A stretch of 64,000 nucleotides of DNA, taken from contig DDWV01000001.1 in assembly GCA_002347045.1 (NCBI GenBank), forward strand, positions 100,443 to 164,442. Reading direction: 5' to 3'. The stretch's first letter is position 1, and the number at the start of each line of letters is the position of its first letter. The stretch is from Candidatus Collierbacteria bacterium UBA2277 (GTDB lineage Bacteria > Patescibacteriota > Microgenomatia > UBA1400 > MFAQ01). The notes beneath the pieces are model-generated. The model had not been told where the DNA came from. It did not search any database and worked only from the letters and a program-made list of their open reading frames with translations. Below, piece after piece: positions 55,771 through 64,000 of the stretch. The translations under genes were made by a program, and so were the position numbers.

Positions 55771-57264
55771 TCATTTGTTGCGTTTCAAAATATCAAAGTT
55801 TTCATAAGTGTCAATAAGGCTAAAATGGTCGCCTGTCAGCTCAAATATCTCTGGTAGAAGATCAATATCTTTGTCAATAATTATCAGATCAGATGATTTA
55901 ATAATCTCTTTGCTTTCTTCGAGATGGCTGTATCTGTAGGTTAAGTGAAACCATGTTACATATTTATTTGTAAATTTATTTTCTATAAGAGCTACAAGCC
56001 ACGGTTTATTGGTGTAAATATACGTTGCGAGATCGTCGGTATAATTGTCATTAAAATATTTAGCAAAGTGCTTAATCTTTTTAACTTCGTTACTGTGGTG
56101 CCACCAAGGTTGATTGCGTTCGCCATCCCCTCTTAGAAAAATGCTTTGATAAAATGAACGATAGTATTGATTTGGATGAGCATATATTGGAATAACTCCA
56201 ACCGATTTTATGGCAAACATCATCGGTATTAAAAGTATTAATACTATGACTGATTTTTTTAATAGATTTATTGAGAATCCGGAATTCATTTTTTTGACAA
56301 CAAGTGCTGTGATTAGTGTAATGGCGGGTAGTGTTTGAATAAAGTAATGACCATAGTTCTTCCCTGACAGGAGACTTGAAAACAACTGGATCGTGAATAA
56401 ATTGATAATTAGATACATTCTTTTTGTGATTGCCCCCTTTATATACCAGAAAGAGGTAATTAGTGAAACTGAGAGAGTGCTGATGGCCTTAAATAGGGTG
56501 TTCGGAATCTGTAGGTTTATAATGCTTGTGAAATTGTTTTGATGTAGTGAGTAGTTAGTGTTGAAAAGAATGTTAGAGTAGAAAAAATTCCAAAGTGTTC
56601 CATCTCTAACTTGAAAGTAGGTCAGCAGAAGTAAAAATGGAGGAAAAAAGCCTAACATCATTCTTTTTATGGCTTTGATATGTATTTCTTTGCTATATCG
56701 CTTAAAGAAAATCACACTAAAGATAGGTATCACAAGCAAAAGTTCAATTAACCCTGAAACTTTAGTCATAAGAGATAAAAAAATTAGTAGGCCGACAATC
56801 GTGAAGTGTTTATGGTTGAGAAGTAACAAAAAAGTAGCAGTGTTTATAACAATAAAAATATTCTCAGCATTAAGTGAATTTCCCTCGATTAATGTTGATC
56901 CCAATAATATTGCAAGCAGTATTAACGATAGAAAACCACTACAGTCACCAAGGTCTAGTTTTTTTAGTATACGGTTAATAATCATTAAGGTGGTTAAGCC
57001 CAGAAAGATGTTAAATAGCTTTAGCAATGGCCAACCTATATGCCATCCGATTGATGCACTTGCACCATACAGAAGGTAAATTAGAGGCGGTTTATGATCC
57101 CACACTTGTGTATAAAGATGTTTTCCCTGTTTAATTCCTTGACCAATGGCGGCATATATTCCTTCATCTCCATACCAATATCCCTCAAATAATGATGGTA
57201 ATCGTAGTGCTATTAAAATAATTGCTGGAAGCAAAACAAAATAGAAAGATTTACTTATTTTCAT
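55771..57264 (-). CDS. membrane glycosyltransferase of the ArnT/PMT (GT39/GT83, PMT_2) family
   Basis: N-terminal loop FEGYWYGDEGIYAAIGQ…WDHKPPLIY matches the DE-G and KPPL signatures of dolichyl/undecaprenyl-phosphate-sugar-dependent transferases. About 12 TM helices. Confidence 0.65.
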   Translation of the reverse strand: MKISKSFYFVLLPAIILIALRLPSLFEGYWYGDEGIYAAIGQGIKQGKHLYTQVWDHKPPLIYLLYGASASIGWHIGWPLLKLFNIFLGLTTLMIINRILKKLDLGDCSGFLSLILLAILLGSTLIEGNSLNAENIFIVINTATFLLLLNHKHFTIVGLLIFLSLMTKVSGLIELLLVIPIFSVIFFKRYSKEIHIKAIKRMMLGFFPPFLLLLTYFQVRDGTLWNFFYSNILFNTNYSLHQNNFTSIINLQIPNTLFKAISTLSVSLITSFWYIKGAITKRMYLIINLFTIQLFSSLLSGKNYGHYFIQTLPAITLITALVVKKMNSGFSINLLKKSVIVLILLIPMMFAIKSVGVIPIYAHPNQYYRSFYQSIFLRGDGERNQPWWHHSNEVKKIKHFAKYFNDNYTDDLATYIYTNKPWLVALIENKFTNKYVTWFHLTYRYSHLEESKEIIKSSDLIIIDKDIDLLPEIFELTGDHFSLIDTYENFDILKRNK

Positions 57265-57429
57265 GATAATTCTAAAAGACTAACCCCAAACTGTTATAGA
57301 AATTGTTTAAATTAGGAACTCGGTGACTTCTGATGTTTCAGGTAAAATAGTATACACCAAAATGTTTTTATCTTCAGGCTTTGGAACTTTTTCTAAGTAT
57401 AAAGATCTTGTTTTTGGTTGAATGGAATT

Positions 57430-57939
57430 TTAAATATTTCTACTGTCATATGCCCAGTGAAGTATTGCCTGTCTTTGTTTAGGTCGGCACGAAATATCCC
57501 CCCTTTTGCAGTTTTGTTTGACTTGTACAATGTGGCGCTTGATTGCAATCCATCTTTTTATTTGTCTGTCGTCTTCAGTTTTTAGTCTTCTGCCCATAAA
57601 ATATCGGCAATACCATTGAAACCATCCTCGAGGATCATCTTTATATATCCAACCATTTTTCTGCCACACAGAGAGCGGTTGGCTTGCATTAACACCAAAG
57701 AAGTTTAATTTTGCATCGTGTCGTGTTGAGCAAAGTTTTGCCCTTGTGTACCAATCAGAGGGAAACTCATTTTTACAATCAGTCATGTATTTTCCGCCAA
57801 ATACCCCTAGAGAGAGCATTTGCTTAGGAGTAAGTTCTGGTTTGAATCTTGGGTCGAAATTCCTACCAACTTTTTCTGTTAGGGTATATTGGTATCCCTT
57901 TTGCATTATGTCGTTTACGAGTATGGTTTGTTGTATCAT
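57430..57939 (-). CDS. hypothetical basic protein
   Basis: ORF only. Trp/Arg-rich, with no recognised motif. Confidence 0.35.
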   Translation of the reverse strand: MIQQTILVNDIMQKGYQYTLTEKVGRNFDPRFKPELTPKQMLSLGVFGGKYMTDCKNEFPSDWYTRAKLCSTRHDAKLNFFGVNASQPLSVWQKNGWIYKDDPRGWFQWYCRYFMGRRLKTEDDRQIKRWIAIKRHIVQVKQNCKRGDISCRPKQRQAILHWAYDSRNI

Positions 57940-58700
57940 GTGTTTTTGGGAGGTAAGGGAAAGAAAATGCTCGTTCTCTTTTTATATTCTTTAAAATCTG
58001 GTCTTTCTGAGTATTTTCTCTCGAGTAATGGAATGCCTGATACAAAAAGAATTAAAATTGTGATAGTTAGTGGTCCGATGATGGTAAAAAAAGAATTCGG
58101 AATTGAAAGAGCAATAATAAATATACCCCACCATTGTGTTACTTCACCAAAATAATTAGGGTGACGTGAGTATCGCCACAAGCCTGTTTCTATCAATTTA
58201 CCTTTATTGTTTGGATTTGAGATAAATTCTTTTAATTGCTTATCTCCAGTGCTTTCAAAATAATAACCAAGACACCAGATGATAAATCCAATGAATTCTA
58301 TTGCCCCAAAACTATTTTTAGCCGAAAGATTGATAAACATAACTGGAAAAGAGATTAAAAATAGAAATATGCCTTGTAAAATATATACCTGCAAAAAGCT
58401 TCTTAAGTAGAATAATTTCCACTCTTTTCTCCACTCTAGATATCGTGAGTCCTCTGGCCTGTTTTTATTTCGATTGTATATATGTAAGGCGAGTCTTAAT
58501 CCCCATACTGTAACTAAGCAATTTACAAATAGGGCCTTGAATGAATATCCAGATAAATAGAAAGATAACCAAGCGATAAGAATAAAACCGATTCCCCAGC
58601 CAATATCGGCGATGTCGTTTCTTTTTAAGATGATAGAAATGACAAACCAAATAGACATATAGCCAAGAAGTGTTGAGCCAAGTAATAAGTAAATATTCAT
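57936..58700 (-). CDS. membrane protein of the ICMT/PEMT/DUF1295 methyltransferase-like family
   Basis: C-terminal …[15 protein letters not shown]… (RHPxY motif) in a polytopic membrane protein. Confidence 0.55.
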   Translation of the reverse strand: MNIYLLLGSTLLGYMSIWFVISIILKRNDIADIGWGIGFILIAWLSFYLSGYSFKALFVNCLVTVWGLRLALHIYNRNKNRPEDSRYLEWRKEWKLFYLRSFLQVYILQGIFLFLISFPVMFINLSAKNSFGAIEFIGFIIWCLGYYFESTGDKQLKEFISNPNNKGKLIETGLWRYSRHPNYFGEVTQWWGIFIIALSIPNSFFTIIGPLTITILILFVSGIPLLERKYSERPDFKEYKKRTSIFFPLPPKNT

Positions 58701-58945
58701 AGGGCAGTATAGTTGACTAAAAATATATGATTACTGAAATATTTGTAGTTTATAAACTTTACAAAATTATTAGATAACAATCTGATTTTTCAGTTCACAA
58801 TTTTAAAAAAGACCTCAGTGATGCGCTTAGCCTGTTAACAAATCTATTATAATTTATTTTGTAAAAGTTTTTTTGTTAGCAATCATGTTTTGAGAAAATT
58901 TATCCTTTACTATTAATTGGTAAAGGTTATTTCGTATTTTATGTA

Positions 58946-59809
58946 ATGATATATTTGAGTATGATACTTAAAAAAAGCATTCTCTGGTTATTTTTTTTGT
59001 TAACTATAATTTCATCTTTTTTCCTAAACTTACACGGTGACTTGTTTCAAGTAGGAAATTTAGAGATAAACAAATCAAATTTTATTATTTTAGTGGTACC
59101 AGTTTTACTTCTTTTGCTTCATTCTTCCTGGACTCTTGGTGTTCGGAGAAGTCTATTCTTTGTAATAACAGCATCATTGATTGGTTTCGTTTTTGAGTAT
59201 TTTGGCCTAAAGTATGGAACGATTTTTGGGGGTGAATATGTTTATCTCTCAAAAGGAATAGTTCTATTTTCCGTACCCTTAAATGTTGTTGTTTTCTGGT
59301 CAGTTTTTATCTATACAGGATACTGCATTACGAACTCATTTTGTTATTGGTTAGGAAGGGAGAAGCCTTCTATTAAGAATAGTCAACTTAAGCTACTTTT
59401 TTTCTTTATTTTGGTTGACGGATTAATCGTCGTGCTTATCGATTTGTTTATGGATCCTTTGCAGGTTTATTCTGGAACTTGGTCTTGGCCAAATGGTGGT
59501 CCTGTTTTTGGTGTACCTATTGGCAATTTTGTTGGCTGGTTTGTTGTAACAGTTCTTTCTTCAGGAGTTTTTCGTGTGTTTGAGTATTATTATCCAAAAC
59601 AAGTTGAAATTAGTATGCGTGATGTATTTATAATTCCAGTTTTGGGATACGGATTGTTGTATCTGAATTTTTTGTCTGCTTCTGTAAAATTTGAAATGTT
59701 TGAGCTTTCTTTCGTGGGATCATTGACAATGCTTCCGATATTTGTGTCGAACATTATTCTGTATTCATTGAGAAACAATAGACACAAAAATCACACCACT
59801 AGGGTGTGA
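58946..59809 (+). CDS. polytopic membrane protein, unknown function
   Basis: About 8 TM helices. No motif recognised. Confidence 0.4.
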   Translation: MIYLSMILKKSILWLFFLLTIISSFFLNLHGDLFQVGNLEINKSNFIILVVPVLLLLLHSSWTLGVRRSLFFVITASLIGFVFEYFGLKYGTIFGGEYVYLSKGIVLFSVPLNVVVFWSVFIYTGYCITNSFCYWLGREKPSIKNSQLKLLFFFILVDGLIVVLIDLFMDPLQVYSGTWSWPNGGPVFGVPIGNFVGWFVVTVLSSGVFRVFEYYYPKQVEISMRDVFIIPVLGYGLLYLNFLSASVKFEMFELSFVGSLTMLPIFVSNIILYSLRNNRHKNHTTRV

Positions 59810-59817
59810 TATGAATG

Positions 59818-59898
59818 TGGGCAGGGCGGGACTCGAACCCGCATGAGCTAACTCACAGCGTTCTGAACACTGCGCGTCTACCATTTCGCCACCTGCCC
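59818..59898 (-). tRNA. tRNA-Leu (anticodon CAG)
   Basis: Manual fold: GGGCAGG acceptor, D stem GCG/CGC, anticodon stem CAGTG/CGCTG (one G-U) with loop TTCAGAA, variable arm, T arm GCGGG-TTCGAGT-CCCGC. Confidence 0.8.
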
Positions 59899-59902
59899 AA
59901 AG

Positions 59903-61243
59903 CTATCGGACACTGCTGATTATATCAAAATCAGCTTCATTTCTTGCTATATCAATGATAGAGGGGTGATATAAGACTAGTGCCGGAAGCTCTTCGGAAA
60001 ATGTTTTTTGAAAGTCGATATATATTCTCTTTCTTTCTTTTTGGTCTAGATTAACACGACTATCTTCCAAAAGCTTGTCAAGTTTTTCGTCAGCTCCCCT
60101 GCCAATATTTGTAGCTTGGGTTGAGTGCCAATCGCGATATTGGTCCGGGTCTGTTGGAACGTTGTACGTAGTTAGTAGTAACTGAAATTGATCGGGATTG
60201 GAGGTTACCACCTTTGTGTTTATTTGAATCATGTCTGAGTCTAGTTGAGTTTTGATGTTTTCGGCTATCGGTAGAAGTTCCGGATTGGTTGCTAGTTCAA
60301 GAACAACAGGTGAGGTTATGAGTTCTCTAATTCTCGATGGATTGTAGGGATATGTTTTTATTAATGGACTAAAGGCCCATGAGTTTGGGTTTATGGTTGT
60401 AAGTGCTTGTGTTTGGCCAAAAGTAGTATCCTTTATTGCGTATGCAATCCCTTGTCTAATATTTTTTTCTTTTAAATTGGGATCAGTTTGATTGAATATT
60501 AGCATTACTTCCTGATTGAAGTTAGTGTATTTTTTAACGCTTGCATAGGACGAAATTTCTGCAGAGTACTCTGAGGGTAAACCTAAGACAAGATCGAGTT
60601 GTCCTAGCTTATAGGCAGTAATTGCTTGCCTGGCCGTTGAATACACTTCAAAAATGATTTTTCTGGATGGTGAAACAAGAGTAATCTGAGTAATTACACC
60701 AGAGCTTTTTTGTTTAAGGCTAATGTCGTAGTCACTAATTATCTGACCACTTTTATTCAATAAAGGAATGTTGAGTAGTGAAAGAAATGGTGAAAACTTT
60801 GTAGGAATTTTAAACTTTAGAATGTTTGGGTCCTGAGCTTCAACAGTTATGTTTGGGATGGAAAATTTTATATCAGACGCCAAAACTTCTGTTCCATCTG
60901 ACCATTTTAGATTTGGTCTTAGGTAGAAGATATAGGTATTTCCATTGTCTTGAATGTCCCATCTTTCTGCTATGTTTGGAACAGGCTCTAATTCTTCATT
61001 AATTGATATTAGGCCTGCGTTGAGATAGTCGAGAATGAATGAAGGTAGCTGTCCGGCACTAAATTGCCCCACAATACCCACTTTAATTGCTCTGTTTGAT
61101 TTGGGTATGCGTGTGATTACAAAACTTCCAATAAGATAAATGGAAAGTGTTATAAAGATACTTGAAAATATCTGCTTCGAGTATTTATTCAAAAAACCTT
61201 TTATAAACCAGATATTTTCACGAATTTTCTTCATTATTTCCAA
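59903..61243 (-). CDS. ABC-type solute-binding protein family 5 (peptide/oligosaccharide-binding-like), membrane-anchored, orphan
   Basis: …ERWDIQDNGNTYIFYLRPNLKWSDGTEVLASDIKFS… shows the SBP_bac_5 pattern. N-terminal TM anchor. No adjacent permease or ATPase. Confidence 0.55.
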   Translation of the reverse strand: MEIMKKIRENIWFIKGFLNKYSKQIFSSIFITLSIYLIGSFVITRIPKSNRAIKVGIVGQFSAGQLPSFILDYLNAGLISINEELEPVPNIAERWDIQDNGNTYIFYLRPNLKWSDGTEVLASDIKFSIPNITVEAQDPNILKFKIPTKFSPFLSLLNIPLLNKSGQIISDYDISLKQKSSGVITQITLVSPSRKIIFEVYSTARQAITAYKLGQLDLVLGLPSEYSAEISSYASVKKYTNFNQEVMLIFNQTDPNLKEKNIRQGIAYAIKDTTFGQTQALTTINPNSWAFSPLIKTYPYNPSRIRELITSPVVLELATNPELLPIAENIKTQLDSDMIQINTKVVTSNPDQFQLLLTTYNVPTDPDQYRDWHSTQATNIGRGADEKLDKLLEDSRVNLDQKERKRIYIDFQKTFSEELPALVLYHPSIIDIARNEADFDIISSVR

Positions 61244-61455
61244 ATTGCAATATTAAGGAAAGAAAAAAGGACAAAAACAACTGATACAACTATGGTAGCT
61301 ATATAAATTATTTTTTCAGGACCTCTTTTGGTGTGTATACCACTCTGCGTAACGGAAGAAAAACCTGATCCTAGTGATGTCTCTTTTGACTGTAATGTAA
61401 CCAGTATGATAAGAGCCAGAGAAAGCAAAATTTGTATAACAAGTGTAATTTTCAT
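61234..61455 (-). CDS. secG: preprotein translocase subunit SecG
   Basis: 73 aa, two TM segments with the …LQSKETSLGSGFSS…RG… Gly-rich connecting loop typical of SecG. Confidence 0.65.
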   Translation of the reverse strand: MKITLVIQILLSLALIILVTLQSKETSLGSGFSSVTQSGIHTKRGPEKIIYIATIVVSVVFVLFSFLNIAIWK

Positions 61456-61485
61456 ATTTCAATTATACTGCCTATGAGTCGGATA

Positions 61486-61893
61486 TTAGTCTTTCCTTAT
61501 AACCCACATGATAAAACTGTGAAAAAAGTTTAGCAGCGTTGAAGTAACAATAAACGACATAAATAAATTTATATTAATTGGCGGGATGCTAAAACCTTGA
61601 TAATGAAATCCAGGGAATAGATAAGGATTGATTTGAATTCCACCAGCAATTAAAGGTAAAAGAAAAAGCGTAATGATGCCTACAACCCAAGAAAATAAGT
61701 TTAAGGTAATTAAGTTTATGGGCAACAAAAGAAGTTTGATGATTGGCTTTACAATTTTGTTGAGGAAAAACCACACAACCGCTGCTGTGAGAAGCGTCTT
61801 TGTATCATGTAGTATTGAAAAACCTGGATAGCAAGCGTCAACTAAAAACACCACTAGAAGATTAATTAAGATATGCCTCAAGAAGGCTTTCAT
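61486..61893 (-). CDS. YvlD-like small membrane protein (phage_holin_4_2 / DUF360 family)
   Basis: …LNKIVKPIIKLLLLPINLITLNLFSWVVGIITLFLL… resembles the conserved core of that family. Confidence 0.4.
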   Translation of the reverse strand: MKAFLRHILINLLVVFLVDACYPGFSILHDTKTLLTAAVVWFFLNKIVKPIIKLLLLPINLITLNLFSWVVGIITLFLLPLIAGGIQINPYLFPGFHYQGFSIPPININLFMSFIVTSTLLNFFHSFIMWVIRKD

Positions 61894-61905
61894 AATATTA
61901 GTATA

Positions 61906-63243
61906 TTACGTAAAAAGTGATTTTTGCCTTTGTCTTTTGTGAAAAGTTGTAGCAAAACGATGAGACTCATCTCTTATGCTTCTGAACACGTTTAGCACTG
62001 GATCTTCGATGTTGAGATTTATACTAACGAGAGAGTTGTTTTCATCATAAAAATATATTGTCTCTCTTTTTTTTGCTAGAGCGATAACGGCGATATTTTT
62101 GGGAATTATCGAAATAACGGTAGATAATTGGGGTATTCCTCCATCGAGAACAATTAGGTCTGGGATCCCCCATTCTGAGTGATTAAGCCGTCTGGATATA
62201 ATTTCTTTCATTGCATAAGGGTCTGATTTTTGTTTGCCTTTTATATGGAAATGACGGTATTTCGAGGTTTCAGGCTGACTATTTATAAAAACCGCCATTG
62301 AGCCTACATAGTTTTCTCCTTGAAGATGAGCCAGATCGTAGCACTCAATTCTTCGTGGAGGCTTTTTTAACTTTGGATGCTTTAGGGTGTTGGCTATCAT
62401 GTACTGCAGCTGGTCAGATGCGTCTGAGAGCTTAAGTAGTAGACTTGAATTTTTATTTGTTAGCGCCTGTTCTAGGCCGTGTATTTGTAACTTGAGCCGA
62501 TTTGCTTCTTCGTATTTTTCATTTTTTATAGCTTGTTTTATTTGACTATGAAGAGATTTGTTTAGTTTTACAAAATGACCAGAAAGGAATTTTTTAATTT
62601 TTTTTAGATGATATTCGTAGTTTTTTGGAGTGATTTCATATTTACAGGCACCAGGACATTGTTCTATGTGATAGTTAAAACAAGTTCTGTACTTTGAGTT
62701 ATAAGGAGACAAACAAAATCCGAATATCTTTCGAACCTGCCTTAGGATTATCTCTGCAATTTTTGTAGAAGTAAACGGACCATAGACTTGTTTTGTGAAG
62801 TCATCAAGTTCGAGACTAGAGATATCAGTTGCGTGAATTATTTTAATTTTTGAGTCAGGTGTGTTTGTAAATATTATGTAGACATTTGACTTACCGTCTT
62901 TTGCTATAGCGTTATAGCGAGGTTTGTATGAGCGAATATAATTTGACTCAAGAATTATTGCTTCTAGGTCATTGTTAACTATCTTAAGGTGAATGTATTT
63001 TGTTTGGGGGATAAATACCTTGGCTTTTGTTGAGTTGTTTTTGAAGCCTTCGTAGTGCTGTTTGAGCCTACTTTTGAGACTAATAGATTTACCTATATAG
63101 AGAGGTTTTTTGTTTTTGTCTTCGAATATGTATATGCCTGGTCGTGACGGCACCAATTGCCAAAAATCCTCCGATAATGGAGAAAATGACAGTCTGATTG
63201 ACTGTTGCTTTGATAGCAATGGATTGTTCGAGTGGTTTTCCAT
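61906..63243 (-). CDS. uvrC: excinuclease ABC subunit C (short form lacking the C-terminal HhH region); start uncertain
   Basis: GIY-YIG motif PGIYIFEDKNKKPLYIGKS…LKQHY and RNase-H-like endonuclease domain …YDLAHLQGENYVGSMAVF…. The annotated ATG overlaps the upstream gene by 155 nt, so the true start may be a downstream non-ATG codon. Confidence 0.78.
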   Translation of the reverse strand: MENHSNNPLLSKQQSIRLSFSPLSEDFWQLVPSRPGIYIFEDKNKKPLYIGKSISLKSRLKQHYEGFKNNSTKAKVFIPQTKYIHLKIVNNDLEAIILESNYIRSYKPRYNAIAKDGKSNVYIIFTNTPDSKIKIIHATDISSLELDDFTKQVYGPFTSTKIAEIILRQVRKIFGFCLSPYNSKYRTCFNYHIEQCPGACKYEITPKNYEYHLKKIKKFLSGHFVKLNKSLHSQIKQAIKNEKYEEANRLKLQIHGLEQALTNKNSSLLLKLSDASDQLQYMIANTLKHPKLKKPPRRIECYDLAHLQGENYVGSMAVFINSQPETSKYRHFHIKGKQKSDPYAMKEIISRRLNHSEWGIPDLIVLDGGIPQLSTVISIIPKNIAVIALAKKRETIYFYDENNSLVSINLNIEDPVLNVFRSIRDESHRFATTFHKRQRQKSLFT

Positions 63244-64000
63244 TTACATAGATTATAACTTTTGTATTGCTTTTTCCTAAAATTGGCTTTTTCTTAATTT
63301 TGACGATTATCTCGGTTTCTCCAAATGGAGGTATAAATACTTCTTGTTCTGTTTCGTCTATATATTCATTTCGATTTACAATGGTGTTGCCGTAGAAGGA
63401 CACCCCTTGAGAGTTTTTAATAGTAAAAAATAAGTTGTTGTTTTCTTGTTTTATCAACGCTAGTGAAAACTCTGGGTCTGGAAACTCTATGGGATCTTGA
63501 ACCTTGATATCGACATCTTTTGATTTTTCGTTTTTGGTTTTGTATCCTCCGGCGGGTATCGGATACTCTGGATTATTTCCATGAATCACAAAGGCAATGT
63601 GATTGAAATCTAGTTTGTTAAAGTAGTCAATTCCCCTTGTTGTGTTGGCCCAAGTTGGGTCGATTTGGGTCCAAGTGTTGTTTGCATAATTAAAGTACTC
63701 TGGCCATGAATGTAATACATCTTGAGTTAATGATATTGGTTTTAGATCAGGGTTTTCTGAGATAGCATAGCCTTGAATCTCTCTTGAGGGGATCTTTGCT
63801 TTTCTTGCTAGGCTGACGAAAACGTTGGAAAAATCAGTACAGATTGCGCTTTGGTAATTTATCAATGATTCGGCCGCTGGTGTACGCAATGATTTTTGTC
63901 TGTTTACCTTTTCGAAGTCGTATTTCATTTTGTCTACGATGTAGTCGTAGATTGATTTTGCTGTTTTCAAATTTTTTATCTCTGGAGTAGTAAAGATACC
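63089..64000 (-). CDS. transglutaminase-like domain membrane protein (5' end beyond window)
   Basis: …AICTDFSNVFVSLARKAKIPSREIQGY… shows the transglutaminase-core Cys pattern. C-terminal TM helix plus basic tail. Confidence 0.5.
   Translation of the reverse strand, partial: GIFTTPEIKNLKTAKSIYDYIVDKMKYDFEKVNRQKSLRTPAAESLINYQSAICTDFSNVFVSLARKAKIPSREIQGYAISENPDLKPISLTQDVLHSWPEYFNYANNTWTQIDPTWANTTRGIDYFNKLDFNHIAFVIHGNNPEYPIPAGGYKTKNEKSKDVDIKVQDPIEFPDPEFSLALIKQENNNLFFTIKNSQGVSFYGNTIVNRNEYIDETEQEVFIPPFGETEIIVKIKKKPILGKSNTKVIIYVNGKPLEQSIAIKATVNQTVIFSIIGGFLAIGAVTTRHIHIRRQKQKTSLYR

Noticed and set aside
55545-55857. ORFs 55545..55766 (-) and 55612..55857 (+)
   Set aside because: They overlap tRNA-Gln(TTG) and have no expression signals.

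Overview
This 64 kb window looks like a gene-dense, AT-rich (mid-30s % GC judged by eye, not computed), small-genome bacterium. Its gene content fits a monoderm Candidate Phyla Radiation / Patescibacteria-type organism. TGA is used as a normal stop (for example 18473-18475), so the standard genetic code applies. Content from left to right:

- a YebC-family regulator and a roughly 1 kb non-coding block carrying DnaA boxes and iteron-like repeats
- an M50 protease, a low-molecular-weight tyrosine phosphatase and a XerC/D recombinase
- gyrB-ppa-gyrA on the minus strand
- a complete monoderm-style type IV pilus locus of about 12 kb with no secretin: pilB, pilT, pilC, pilA, pilD, four further pilin paralogs, four minor pilins including a PilX-like one, then pilM, pilN, pilO
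- a minus-strand housekeeping block: khpA, rpsP, rnc, nusB, rpmF, recG, then infC-rpmI-rplT-pheS-pheT, a trigger-factor-like gene and a class A PBP
- 14 tRNA genes, including four Leu isoacceptors
- a repeat-rich tRNA-Arg / tRNA-Lys zone holding a duplicated GC-rich structured element and a tRNA pseudo-fragment
- a processive GT2 beta-glycan synthase fused to a clan GH-A glycosidase domain, next to a GalE-like epimerase
- an ABC-F ATPase, a cold-shock protein, TypA, an orphan ATP-grasp enzyme, several membrane glycosyltransferase or methyltransferase-like proteins, and many small hypothetical genes in a tRNA-dense variable region

I found no transposases, prophage or CRISPR.

The most interesting candidates are:
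- the GT2-GH fusion exopolysaccharide module
- the tRNA-linked structured repeat family, whose terminal helix shows compensatory changes between copies
- the pilin-rich type IV pilus locus
- a candidate oriC-like region
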